Assembly (NCBI GenBank): GCA_023205875.1
Contig: CP060762.1
Coordinates: forward strand, 496,001 to 560,000
DNA: 64,000 nucleotides
DNA from: Chloropicon primus
Taxonomy: Eukaryota
Direction: 5' to 3'
A model generated the notes under the pieces. That model was not told the DNA's origin. It searched no databases and saw nothing but the letters and a program-made list of their open reading frames with translations. The position numbers and the translations under genes are program-made. Positions within the stretch are counted from its first letter, which is position 1; every line of letters begins with the position of its first letter. This document shows, piece after piece, positions 50,901-62,011 of this stretch.

Positions 50901-53105
50901 GAGGACCTTGATATGCTCGAGGATGACATGGAGGACGATATGGAGGACGATGATGACGAGTACGACAACCCCTTCCGATTCAGGAGAGACTCCGAGGTGC
51001 ACGAGGTTGACGTGGGAGAGTCTTCCAGCAAGGCAGAGGGCAGCAGATCAGACAATTATGCGGATAAGGCTGCCTCGAAGAGTTACAACTTGCAGTTCTT
51101 CCTGAATGGAAAGCTCATGAGCGCTCAGTCGAGCATTTTCCAAGCCGTGCTCCGAGCCAACGACGCCTTTGTGAATGCGGACGACCCGGAGAACAGCCAG
51201 CACGGCCCAAGCGTGTGGGAAAGGGTCCACACCTTCACTTACAAGAGGCAGGTGGCCTCCTCCGCAACTGAGCCTGATGCCAACCCTGCGAGGGGTGAGC
51301 AGAGCGGATCGCAGATTGTGAGCGTGAAAGATTTGGTTGGCAAATCGATTTCGGGGAGCAACGGAGGACTGGTCGAAGCGCTTGATAAGGACACTCTCGG
51401 GGCCTTGGACCTCATCAACATCCTCGTTTGGCTTCAAGGAAATCATTCCAGAGCATACGAGGGCAGCAGTCGGTTCTTGTTTCTCAATGGGGTTTCCCAG
51501 GAAGATCTCATTTCCCCCAGGCTCACTTCTAAGGTGTCGAGGCAGCTGCAGGACCTCCTGATTATCTGCGGCAAGTGCTTGCCCCCGTGGGTCCACAGCG
51601 TCGTGACGAACTACCCGATGGTCTTCCCATTTGACCTCAGGAGGCAGTACCTGCACCTGACTTTTCTGGGTGTCCCGCACGCTATCCAGTACCTGCTTCA
51701 GCAGATTCCCAACGGCGATAGCTTGAGGCAGGAGCTGAGGGACGTGCGCCTGGTCAGGAACAAGAGGCAGAAGGTTAGGATTTACAGGGACAAGCTCCTT
51801 GATTCTGCGTGCAAGGTTATGGAGCTGTATGGCAAGTCCCGGGCATCCCTTGAGGTGGAGTATCACGGCGAAGTCGGGACAGGTCTGGGCCCGACCCTGG
51901 AGTTTTACACACTGCTGTCCTCGGAACTCCAGAGGCGAACCCTGAACATCTGGCTGACGGCAGACAAGAAGAGCGAGCCTGCCATACCCAACAATGAGGT
52001 GGACATGGAAGTCAGTGGGCAGGAGTCCTCCGACATGGAGAGCGAGGGGTTGATCTTTGGGGAGATGGACAGCGTGTCCAACCCGGTGAGACGGCGGGAG
52101 ACCCTGCCGTCCGACAAAAGCAAAAAGGCGGACGCTAACGAATTTGTGGAGCCACTTGGAGATGGTTTGTTCCCCGTACCGAAATCAAAGGTAGGCAAGA
52201 GAGAGCTTGCCTACTTCAGGTTGCTCGGCACGGCCTTTGCGAAGGCTTTGTACGACGGCAGGCTGCTGGACATCTCTCTGTCCACGGCCTTTTGGAGGCG
52301 GGCGCTAGGGGAAGATTTGAGTATTTATGACCTGGCCTGCGTCGATGGCCAGATGAGCAAGTCCCTCACTAAGCTCTACGAGGCAGCGCACTCCGACTCG
52401 GAGCCAGGAAAGATGGACGGCGTCCCAATTGAGGACCTGGGTCTCTACTTCACTCTGCCGGGACACGACGGCTACGAGCTGTGCCCCAACGGGGCTGATC
52501 GATTGGTGACGGGGAAGAATGTCAGAGATTTTCTCGACAAAGTCCTTGACGCTTACTTCGGGAGTGGGACCGCGAAGCAGTTTTCCAAGTTCAGGGACGG
52601 CTTCGAGGAAGTTTTCCCTCTCGAGAAGCTGGCGATCTTCAAGACGGACGAAATCGACACCCTCTTCTGCGGTCAGACCGAGAAGTGGACGGTGGAGATG
52701 CTTTCGGACTGCCTCAAGTTCGACCACGGGTACACTGCGACGTCTCCTTACATCAAGCAGTTCCTTCACATTCTCGCGGACTTTGACTCGGAGGAGCAGA
52801 GGCAGTTCCTGAAATTCGTGACGGGGGCCCCAAGGCTCCCCCCCGGGGGGCTGAGCGCCTTGAACCCAAAGCTGACGATTGTGAGAAAGAACTTTTCGAG
52901 CGCCAGGGACAGCGCGGGCAACACCCCCAGGAGCGAGGGCATGCACACGCCAGTGAACGAGCTGGTGCTGGAGAACTACGACTTGCCGTCGGTCATGACT
53001 TGTGCCAACTACGTGAAGCTTCCACCGTACACCTCCCAGGCCGTCATGAGGGAGAAACTGATGTACGCCATGAAGGAGGGCCAGCACAGCTTCAACCTCA
53101 GTTGA
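47919..53105 (+). CDS. UPL3: ARM-repeat HECT E3 ubiquitin ligase (UPL3/TRIP12/Ufd4 family)
   Basis: ALQGLLKKLGAGLEDLL, EYIDVAEQSLQALEKI, RQKVRI, EVGTGLGPTLEFY, FVTGAPRLPPGG, and catalytic LPSVMTCANYVKLPPY. Confidence 0.95.
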   Translation: METRASGRKEKHSSSKKGVVVSRGDEKKKSKKGSTSGGGGAGKRSKAKGKKRGREVGMDKGGEGSGGRAPEAMDTDEVDDVGEGSARGGASTSALSHHSALQGLLKKLGAGLEDLLPTTGGSGSEGPHGLFGGPGGLFGGGSSLSHRLKPVLIGLKSFDDEQRQLGALTELCDVLTVSSEEVLVASFSCEAFLPPLVDLLRCEHNPDVALFAGRALTTLADLMPPRMAVAGMLRLGAADAFCAKLMCVEYIDVAEQSLQALEKITSAGEEHAGLCMRSGGVQAVLSFLDFFQTGVQRVAVKTAANMLACVSSKQDVVMIKDALPILVNLLSYGDDKIVEHAFLGLARALKAICSCMARSKQGDALRDEYTSTILSTKMLDEMSKLLQVSEYGSINSSLSTSSYYEAVRSLEKCCSESALLAERLLELDVPVTCMRLLQTSTMGSASSTGTTPMTSPKGVPTPSSTVSPMVSPSIRSTENTISILKLVDAMLPEVPENARALGVDSKQLSFSSSPVPTIQPDIVEGKACRVLLPTLFAMVSSTLAYQMKHVCLSCMKKLLVSTSSDGLKDMLRDLPASSTVVGLLASKDCAVRLDAIFMASVLLDKLPDIFIRYFMKEGVMFSVNRIVEEAEASGVPEFTLEDMVEEDAPTTSGLGLGRGRLGQSDAFVTPTSTLETKVLQAAKEFHSKYVKVSAEFGINSEALPEEMEALQKLAGKIESGDCGALSAFLDLVLAENGGLSSFELVHAGLEKALLAYFRGADGEVCYERMSKFAECFSVRGDSEDIFKMLLKRLHEIVSSREKLPVLACKSRPPQSSSMRYLFLERSQPSDRSNEANGFAALAHPFKLRFVRAQEEKKLRDYSSNVVLVEPLSTFEVIEDFLRTRVEPPQRSSDAFKARSRSSFGDDKQSSSKSSILTRSKMKQKKQEEEQQKKLSDDKPRRVTRSATKQMMSDGAAPEDDDDEEEEKYHSMDEEEMHGGSHMEDDHPDLEMEDEEDLDMLEDDMEDDMEDDDDEYDNPFRFRRDSEVHEVDVGESSSKAEGSRSDNYADKAASKSYNLQFFLNGKLMSAQSSIFQAVLRANDAFVNADDPENSQHGPSVWERVHTFTYKRQVASSATEPDANPARGEQSGSQIVSVKDLVGKSISGSNGGLVEALDKDTLGALDLINILVWLQGNHSRAYEGSSRFLFLNGVSQEDLISPRLTSKVSRQLQDLLIICGKCLPPWVHSVVTNYPMVFPFDLRRQYLHLTFLGVPHAIQYLLQQIPNGDSLRQELRDVRLVRNKRQKVRIYRDKLLDSACKVMELYGKSRASLEVEYHGEVGTGLGPTLEFYTLLSSELQRRTLNIWLTADKKSEPAIPNNEVDMEVSGQESSDMESEGLIFGEMDSVSNPVRRRETLPSDKSKKADANEFVEPLGDGLFPVPKSKVGKRELAYFRLLGTAFAKALYDGRLLDISLSTAFWRRALGEDLSIYDLACVDGQMSKSLTKLYEAAHSDSEPGKMDGVPIEDLGLYFTLPGHDGYELCPNGADRLVTGKNVRDFLDKVLDAYFGSGTAKQFSKFRDGFEEVFPLEKLAIFKTDEIDTLFCGQTEKWTVEMLSDCLKFDHGYTATSPYIKQFLHILADFDSEEQRQFLKFVTGAPRLPPGGLSALNPKLTIVRKNFSSARDSAGNTPRSEGMHTPVNELVLENYDLPSVMTCANYVKLPPYTSQAVMREKLMYAMKEGQHSFNLS

Positions 53106-53226
53106 GGGAAAGAAAATACGTAACGGCTAAAGAGAGAAAACTCGTAGCAATACATTCCTAAATCTTGATTTTTTCTTTGTTTATTTCCAGCTGTGCACAA
53201 CGGTGAAGCCCGGAGCCAGGGAGCCT

Positions 53227-54834
53227 TCACAGCTTGCCCTCGGGCGACTCGACCTCCGCGGCGACGTTCTTTCTCCTGCGCAGGTCCGTGGCATTCTGCT
53301 TGATGTACTCCTTCATGGGAAGATCGAACTTGGCCTCCATCTCCTCGAGTGGCACGTTGTTGGTCTCCGGGAGCAGGAACCACAGGAGCGGAATGCCGAT
53401 GAGGTTCAAGATCGCATAGATAAACATCAGAGGGATGAAGCCGATGGTGCTCACCCCGATCGGCGTGGTGTAGGTCACAATGAAGGTGAACGCAAAGTTG
53501 TCGAAGGTGGCCAAGCCTGTTCCCTTTCCCCGGAGCCTCAGTGGGAAGACTTCGTTCGGAATGATCCAGCCGTTCGGGCCCCACGCGAACTGGAAGCACG
53601 CGCAGTACAAGCAGCTCAGGACGACGATTCCGTAAGCCAGCGGCTTGGTTACCGGGTCGATGATGAAGCCAGGGATGCAGACGGCAAGCAGGATCACGAA
53701 GATGGCGCAGCTAGTGTACACCAGGCCCCTCTTCCTCCCCAAGCGGTTTCCGAGCCAGAACACCGTGATCCAAGAAGCGACCCAGTTGGTGGCGTTCTGG
53801 GCGATTGCGACCCCCAAGCCGTTCAAGCACATGTCGTTGAAGATGGTGACGCTGAAGGTCATGAAGACGTTGATTCCGGTGAGCTGCTGCATGATCGGCA
53901 CCGCGAGAGCCACCATCGTCGCGAGCCTGACCTTGCTCGAAAAGAGGTCCGCGAAGGACGAGGTCATGGACTTCTCCACCTCGACCTCCGACTCGATCTC
54001 CCTCATCTCGGCCTCGGTGACCTCCGAGCCCGCCTCCCCCCTCAACCTCGAGAGAACCTCCCTCGCCTTCTCGGTCTGGCCGCTCTTGAAGAGCCAGCGT
54101 GGCGACTCCGGGATGCCGATCATGGCGATCGCCATGACGAGGGCGATGACCAGCTGCAGTCCGACCTCGATCCTCCAAGTGTAGTCCGCCTCCTTGGGGA
54201 TCACGGCCTGCATGATGGGGCACCAGATGGTCGCAAAGAGCGCGCCGGTGGTGATCCCGAGCTGGAACGTCGTCCCCAGCCCGCCCCTCAGGTGGTGGGG
54301 AGCGATCTCGCTGATGTACACTGGGACGACGGAGGCGAGGACGCCGACGGACACGCCCGCGATCATGCGGCCGGCCATCAGCATGCCGTAGTCAATCGCC
54401 CCCGTCTGCAGGGCGGCCCCCACGAAGAAGACCAGCATTCCGAGCCAGAGCGTCTTGTACCTCCCGAACCTGTCGTTAAGCGCTCCCGCGAAGGGGGCGG
54501 ACACGGCGCAGCCAATCGGATAAAGGGAGTTGACCAGACCCAGGCGGTTGCTGACCCACAGGGGGTCCTTCTCGCCGGTCCCGCAGGTGTCCGGCGCGAA
54601 CGGCATCCCCATTTGCGTGCGGAAGTCGTCCTCCGGGAGGATGGCATTCATCACGTTCTGGTCGAAACCGAACAGGAAGCCGGCCGTGGCCCCGATGACG
54701 ACGGCCGCCACGGCGTACCTCGTCAGCTTCTGCTTCTTGCCCTCAAAGAGGTCCTCCACGTGCTGCAGGGACCCCAGGGAGCGCGCGGACACGATGTCCA
54801 TCGCGTCCATCTTCTTCATCTCTTGGACGGACAT
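53227..54834 (-). CDS. MFS sugar porter (STP/HUP-like hexose transporter)
   Basis: GFLFGFD, DRFGR, PVYISEIAP..LRG, PESPRWL, QQLTGIN, WGP..W, PET..VPLEEM, with multiple TM segments. Confidence 0.93.
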   Translation of the reverse strand: MSVQEMKKMDAMDIVSARSLGSLQHVEDLFEGKKQKLTRYAVAAVVIGATAGFLFGFDQNVMNAILPEDDFRTQMGMPFAPDTCGTGEKDPLWVSNRLGLVNSLYPIGCAVSAPFAGALNDRFGRYKTLWLGMLVFFVGAALQTGAIDYGMLMAGRMIAGVSVGVLASVVPVYISEIAPHHLRGGLGTTFQLGITTGALFATIWCPIMQAVIPKEADYTWRIEVGLQLVIALVMAIAMIGIPESPRWLFKSGQTEKAREVLSRLRGEAGSEVTEAEMREIESEVEVEKSMTSSFADLFSSKVRLATMVALAVPIMQQLTGINVFMTFSVTIFNDMCLNGLGVAIAQNATNWVASWITVFWLGNRLGRKRGLVYTSCAIFVILLAVCIPGFIIDPVTKPLAYGIVVLSCLYCACFQFAWGPNGWIIPNEVFPLRLRGKGTGLATFDNFAFTFIVTYTTPIGVSTIGFIPLMFIYAILNLIGIPLLWFLLPETNNVPLEEMEAKFDLPMKEYIKQNATDLRRRKNVAAEVESPEGKL

Positions 54835-56274
54835 GACTCAACTCAAGAGAGTATACTGTGTGTTGGTGCTGGTTGTGCGTTTTTGAGCGTTACGCGTACT
54901 CGGTCGACGGCGGCAACAAGTGGCAAGTGGCAAGTTGCGTTACGCGAATGGAAGGGAATGGATGGTTGCCCCGAACGCGTAATCGGTCGACGGCGTCGAA
55001 CTCTGAACTGAAAATGGCTTCTCAATTGGCGGCGAACCATACCTCAACCCTCGTCCAGGATCACGGTTTTAGCAGGATCGTGACTGTAGCGGATAAGAAT
55101 TTTATCCTAATCATCACCAGATATTTTCGGCAAGAGAGAGAGAGAGAGAGAGAGGCGTCATGACGAGAACACTTGGTGCCAAGAAACGGCCGACAAAAAA
55201 GCAGACACATCGTTTCGGGATAGGGTCGGAACCTGCCTTGACGCACAAGCACGAGGGAAGACAACAAGCTCTTCATGAGGAGTTGCCGGGGGAGAAGACG
55301 TATCGACCCAAGGTGTTTTGCTACATATATGGCTATTCCTGGAAAGGCGGTGTCACCGTCAAAAGCGAGCGATGTTTGGCACAAGCATAAGGAGGCCGTC
55401 GAACAAGAAGAAGGAGGAGGAGGAGGAGGAGAGGGGGGCGAGGGGGAGGGGACGGGGGCTCTGCTGCTGCTGGTGGAGGAGGAGGAGGACGAACAGGGAG
55501 AGGAGGAGGAGGGGACGAGGGAGGGTTGTCCTCAGGTGCCATGGACATGGACGTGGACGGAGAGTCTGTGCAGAGTTTCTTGACGGGCTCCACCACCATC
55601 ATCGAAGAGGAGAGCGACAGTGAGGAGGATAGTGGTGGTGAGGATTCGTCTTTTCAGCCTGGGCCTCTCACTCTCACGCTCTCTGCTGTGTTGGATTGGG
55701 TTGTCCTAACGGTGATGTCGCGGCGAGCTTTGAGTGAGGAGGATCCACAAGCTATCCCACGATCACCCGATCCAAAGCCTTTGCCGTTATAAAGTTGGGT
55801 CGCCGGTCCCTTCGCGCTCTCGTCGTCGTCCGTCGTCCGTCGTCGTGGCACGAAAACACGCGGTTGATGATCCCACGACCTGGTCGTCGTTCGTGGCTTT
55901 GCTCTGGGATCAACCACATTCCATCCGGGATCCATCGCCGTCGTTGTCCTGTCGTGTCCCTCAGGACAGTGCCACACCCCGTGGACGTCTGGTGTGAAGT
56001 CCGTCACTCCCAAAACTCAGAGTACTCCTCCGTCCCTCTCCCTCCCCCTCGGTCAAACAGCGAGGTCTTTCCTGCAGGAGAGAGAAGTTACCCCCTCAAA
56101 GGGATCAAAGTGGTTCTCCCTTGTAATGGGACCACTTTCGTTTCTGTGGGACCACGTCTCTCGTAGAATTACGAGGAGGAAGAAAGTCGTTGATGACGAG
56201 CAGGAGAAGAGGAGGAGACATCACAAGGCAAGGTCGTCTTGGTGTGTTATCGATATCCATTACTCCTGTCCAAG

Positions 56275-59200
56275 ATGGCGGCCGAGCAGGAGGACCACGA
56301 CCTGAGCGATGGTGCGGGTGGAACTTCTTCTTCCTTGGCAGTGCCCCGGTTGGCGTACCACGCCGTCCCGGTGCTGCTCCTGAACGACGAGGGGGACTTG
56401 AGTGAATTTGATATTAGGGACAAGCTAAGGGTGTGCTTCGAGGAGAGCGAGGAGGAGAGCGACAAGGAGACGCAATTGAAGGTGCTGACGCAGGAGGACA
56501 TCGATTCCCTCGTCGTGGACGGGGAGGAGAAGGGACAGGTGGCCTTCAGCACGCTGGTGGAGCGGCAAATCGACAAGGACGTCGCTGCCCTGGAGAAGGA
56601 GCTGTGGGAGAAGGCGGAGCACGCGAGGATAGAGAGGGAGGAGGCCGAGAAGGCTGCCAAAGCGGCGGAGGAGGGTGGAGGGGACGATGGCGCCGCCAAT
56701 CCGGAGGAGGCTGCCAACACGGAGGAGGCCCAGGAGGAGGACGACGCCCAACCTGCGCCCCAGGAGCCTCCTCCGGAGGTCGTCGTGAGCAAGACTTGCC
56801 TGTACATCTGCAAGTACGCCCTGAGCGAGAGGGAGATGGAGGGAGCCTCGTCCCAGTCCCTGAGGTACCCCCTGTCCGCACTGGCTTACGTCCACGGCAA
56901 GGTGGAGGAGCCCGAGGCCGCGGAGGGGGAGGAGCCGGTGGCCAGGGAGCCGAACGAGGTGGAGAAGCTCTTCAAGCGACTGAAGGAGGTGTCGGTGACG
57001 GAGGCGCCGAACACTTGGACGCTGGACGTCGCCCTCATCGAGTGCGAGGCCGAGGAGCAGTCGAGCTACGAGTCCCTCAAGAGGGACCTTCTCAAGGTCT
57101 CGAGCTGCGTCGGGGTTCTCAAGGGCTGGCAAGACTCCACCTTGTTCCTGAACGTGCCCGACCACGAGGAAGTCAGGCTGGGTTACTACAAGCAGCTCGC
57201 CGACAGCGTGCCCCTTTCCTCGTGCTCGGTGCCCGTGCTGCTGCACTGCATGCTGGAGCAAGTGGCCCAGAACGCCGAGAGCGACGTCAAGGTGAGCCCG
57301 GAGAAGTCCCTCGCGGACAAGGCCGGGGAGCTCTTCGACTCGATCATCGGCGGGATGGAGGAGGACCCCGAGCCCGTGGAGAAGGACAAGGTCGATGTGG
57401 TCTTCGAGCTGAGCCAGACTCTCAAGGGCTCGCCCCGCAAGTCGAGGAAGAAGGCCGCCAAGTTCGCCCTCTTGGAGACCAAGGAGGTCGAGGAGCGCAT
57501 GTGCAAGCTCACGGGGATCCCGGGCACGGGAAGCTTCGGCGCTGACGGCGGAAAGGCCGCGATCTCCCAGGAGGACAGGGCCACGAGGATGACCTCGAGG
57601 GAGTACTTCTGCGAGAAGCATGCCCTGCCCCTGTCGACGCTCGAGCACCGCGAGCAGCTCTCGGAGGCGGCGGGGTGCCTTCCGGAGGCCCACAAGTCCC
57701 ACAGGGAGAACATCCTGGGTAGGAGGCACGTCGAGATCTTGGACGCCGGGAGCGCAGCCCAGAGCATCATGCACTCCTCCCGTGTTCTACCAAGTCTCAA
57801 GTCCAAGTACCTGGACTTGGAGGACGCCACCCTCCTGGTCCTGTCCGCGAGTTCCAAGGAGGACGCCAAGCCAAACCCAAGCCTCCCCCTGCCAGTGAGG
57901 CTGCAGGACGCGTACAACGGCCAGGACACCGCCGACTCGTCGTCCTGGCCCGAGTACGTGTACGACATATGCATCCCGGTAACGGACATCATGGAGAGGA
58001 ACACGCCCAAGGAGATCTATCCTTGCGAGGGGTCCCGGGTCTGCACGTATTCCGACGATGCTTGGACGCTGTGCAAGGGCATCAACACCCTGCACTACAG
58101 CGAAAAGGGCCTCCAAGGGACGACGATCGATGGAAGCTCCGTCGTGATCTCCGGCTCGGACACGCAGGTGGTCCTGGAAGAGGGAGTCGTCCTGAGCATC
58201 AACGAGGACGGCACCCTGGCCTTCACCCACGTGGAGGAGCAAGAGGAGTCTTGCTGGACAATCTTGCGCAACGGCACGGTCGTCAAGTCGGAGTTCAAGA
58301 CCGGGAAGAAGGTCGTGATGCTCCCCGACGGATGCATCGGCAAGTACGAGTCCGACACCGAGACGTGGACGAGGGTGAACTCCAAGGGGGAGCAGTGGAG
58401 CGAGAGGCCAGCGCCTCCCCAGGCTGCCAAGACGGAACCAGAGGAGGGAGCCGAGGAGGGCACCGCCGAGCCGGCAGAGGCAGAGGCAGAGGCCGCCGCC
58501 GAAGAAGAAGCGGAGGCCGAGGAAGGGGAGAAGGTCGAGGAGGAGAAGGTCGAGGAGGAGAAGGCGCCAGAGTTCGAGAGGGTCGGCCTGCCAACCTTGT
58601 CCATCGCCAGAGTAAGAGACCCGGACACGGGTGCTTACGTTCTCACCAGGGAAGATTTGACTATGATGATCCAGTACGAGGAAGGCCACAAGCTCTCCCT
58701 GTTCTCCGACGGCACCAGGATGATCACCTATTCCTCTGGGGTCTGGGAAACCATGCTCCAGCTGAAGAACATCAGTCTCCTGTTCAAGGGAGACGGGAAC
58801 CAGATCAGCATCGGGAAGCTTACGGTCGACAAGGCCGAGGAAGGGGGCATCAGCATCAAGATACCATTCGACTCCTCTGTGCTCGAGGTGGAGAAGAGCG
58901 GAGAGGACGCCATCTTTGTCAAGCTGGGTGACTTCCACGTGGACGTGGGATCGGGGTCCCTGCGCCACCAGGGCAAGGTCCTGTGGGAGAAGTCTTCCTC
59001 CCAGGCGCAGCAGGAGGAGGAAGTGAAGGCCGCTGAATCTTCTGCTGCCGCCGCAGGCGAGGAGGGAAGCGCCGCCGAGAACGAGGACGAGAATGCGGAA
59101 GCTCCCGGGGAAGAGGAAAAGGTGGAGGAAGAGGGCAAGGAGCCCGCCGAGGAGGAAGGGGGCGAGGAAAATGCGGACCAGGGAGAGGATCAGCAGGCGG

Positions 59201-61667
59201 AGGAAGAAGAGGAGCAACCTGTGCTGGACACTGCGGCAAGGTTCAAGCCGAGGGTGTTCAAGGTGTACAGCAGCGGCGAGGCCGTGGAGTTCATCGACGA
59301 GGAATCTTTCCAGGGCATCAAAGAGAAAGCGGAATCTCGAGGCGATCAGCACATCTCGGAGGCCGACATTCACAACAGCGAAACGAGCACGGTTCCTGTC
59401 AGCCACACGTTTCTCTCTGAGAGTGATGTGAGTGGCAGCAAAGGGATTGTTGTTGCTCACAACATTGCGGGAGAGAGCCAGGCTCCACGAGCTTTGCAGA
59501 CTCTCACGGTGCCTTCTGCGATTACTTTTGCGTACGTCGGGAACCACAGCGTTCCGCTGCCTATGATATCAGCAATTCCTTCTGACGCGGACACTTGCCT
59601 TGGCCACTCAAAGGTCCTCCTGGTGAGGCAAGTCCAGGAGTTCCCAAAGATCGAGGACAAGGAGATCGCCTCGGTGGAGGAGGTCTTGAAGGACCTGAGC
59701 GAATTTGATCTGGTCAACGAGGAGACTTCTCCGAGCACCTACATAGTCCCAGAGAGCCAGCACGGAAGCAACGCTGCAGACATAAAGAAGCAGATCAGCG
59801 CAACGTCCGAAAAGATCAAGAGGCTCAGATTGGCCAAGGCAAACGACTCGAGAAGTGAACCCGAGGAAAGCGATGGCAAGGCACCAAGCGGGAAGGAGGG
59901 GAGGGCGTCCTTACTAAAAGAGGTAATGTAAAATTACGTTTTCCTCTTTTGAGGTGCTGATAAAAAGAAGAAGAAAAATGATTATATTGATTATTGTATT
60001 GGCTGCGAACTGACACACGTTCTTCTGCTCGTCTTGCTTGCCTCGCTGTGATAAATCACAACACACAGGACTCCAACGCCGGCATCAGGGAAAGGCCCAA
60101 GCAAGGCGTGCTGCTTCCCTACTTTGGGTCCGAGGAGGCCGAGGAGATTACTGCGGAGGAGCTGGAGAGGAAGAAGAATGCCCCTCACGAGTCCGCTGCA
60201 GGGGTTGAGAAGTACCTCACGACCGAGGTCACTTACGATAATATCCAGAAGCTGGACAGCACCTTGGATGCGTGCTTCAAGCATTCTTACGACGACTTGA
60301 GGGTCTTTGCTTGCGCGCTCGGCATGGCTGAAGATGAAATGCCAGAGTCTCAGAAGGAGAAGGAGAAGGAGTGGACGGATGCCGTCAGAGTTGCCAAGGG
60401 CATCTGCGAGGGCGGATCCTCCTACGAGAAGAAGTACGAGTCCTTCGCCGGAGAGTCGGTCCAGACCCAGATAAGGAGGCACTTTCTCTCGAACATGGGC
60501 GTGGGGTTGGACATCCTCGAGCTGTGCTTGAAGTCTCTGAAGGCTCAGAGGTATCTCGAGCTGTTCGCCGACATTGAGAGCACGTCCAGAGTCGACACGG
60601 CCTTGGAGGCCTTGTTCGAAATCCTGAACTATGACTTCCCGTACTTGAGCGACCTCCTGGTGCAGTTCAAGACCGCACTCCCGGCAGACAACGAGGAGGT
60701 GATCCAGGCTGCTGAGAGGGCGAGCAAGACTTGCTCTTCGGTGTCCCCTAGAGACGGAATCGAGAACATCTTCAAGCACCTTCGCTCGGATGTCCTTCTC
60801 GCTGGGGCTGCAGGTGCAGCTATGCTGGATGACCTTCTTGACTGCCTGAACCTCGAGAAGAAGAAGAAGGACTTCATGAAGCTTTTCGTTCAAGTGGACA
60901 GCGATGACGACGGGTACCTGACCAACGAGGAATTCAAGTCCCTGATCCCAAAATTGAACACCATGCTCCTGTCCACGGACGCCATCGAGGAGTCGGAAGT
61001 CAGCGAAACCTTTGATGGAAACATCTCCATCTCGGATTGCATCGACTTCTTGTTCCAGAAGCAGACTCAGAATTCGCCCCTGTTCCCCAGCGAGCTTCAC
61101 AGCGAGGAGACAAACTTCACGATGTACTCAAAATCGGTCGGCGAGAACGAATTCTCCAGCTTCAAGGACATCGCCCACGTGTACGACACAACGAGGGTTT
61201 CGTCGAACAAGGTAGCCCCGTGCGTGATGAACGCCGAGTACCTTTCCATCGAGGGAGAGACCCGAAGGACGTTGAAGACGGGCCTTTGCTCGATGCAGAA
61301 GATGAAACTCCAGGAGGGAATGGCGGTGAAGAACTTCCAGATGACCCCGGCCTACCTGTTCCTGGGAAGGCTTGAGCCAGGAGCCTCGGCCAAGGGGAGG
61401 CTGACTTTGCAGAACGTTGGTCCCGAGGCCGCGAGGTTCAACGTTGGCAACGTGGACGCCCCGTTCGAGCTGCACTACACACCTGGATTACTCGCCGCCG
61501 GGATGAAGCGGTTCATCGACATCGAGGTGAAGATCCCAGAGCAAGCGGACCCTGAGCAAGGCGACTGCTACTGCACGGAGGTGGTCATCAAAACCGAGTG
61601 CAACATCTTGTACTGCGTAGTTGCTGCGAAGGGCCTCGACAGGAGCAAACTCAACCCAATAACATGA
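56275..61667 (+). CDS. PF6: Axonemal central-pair protein PF6/SPAG17; exons 56275-59922 and 60069-61667
   Basis: SPAG17-like blocks SVPVLLHCMLEQV and DPDTGAYVLTRED...FSDGTRMIT, and a C-terminal PapD-like domain (LQNVG..AARFNV...YTPGLLAAGM). A phase-0 GTAATG...CACAG intron (59923-60068) joins the two ORFs. Confidence 0.8.
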
Positions 61668-62011
61668 TCTGGTTCCTTTTCATCTCACGCTCACGCTCAC
61701 GTACAAATCTTTCGACCGTTACAACGCTCTCCGCCCCCTCCCCCCCCTCTCTCTCCCGTGTACGAGGACGAGGACGAGACGCCGTCCATTCCTTTCGTCT
61801 GACCCCTCAAGACCGGCCGTTACGATTAATTACGATTGCGTTACGCTCGCGAAGGGGAAGCGGTGTTCTGGTTGGGTGTATGTCTAGCGGAGAGGCATAG
61901 TAAGAGGACCAAGAGGGCTGCAGCCAGAGGAGGGTGCAATCACGCCTTCTCCTTGGGCACCGTCCAGAAGGACGAGATTAATACTACTACTACACGAGTC
62001 TTCGTTTGATA

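Noticed and set aside
10476..59547. Long antisense ORFs (e.g. 10476-12497+, 23648-25480+, 53203-55011+, 57787-59547-)
   Set aside because: They mirror well-supported genes on the other strand and have no recognisable motifs, as expected for shadow ORFs in GC-rich coding DNA.
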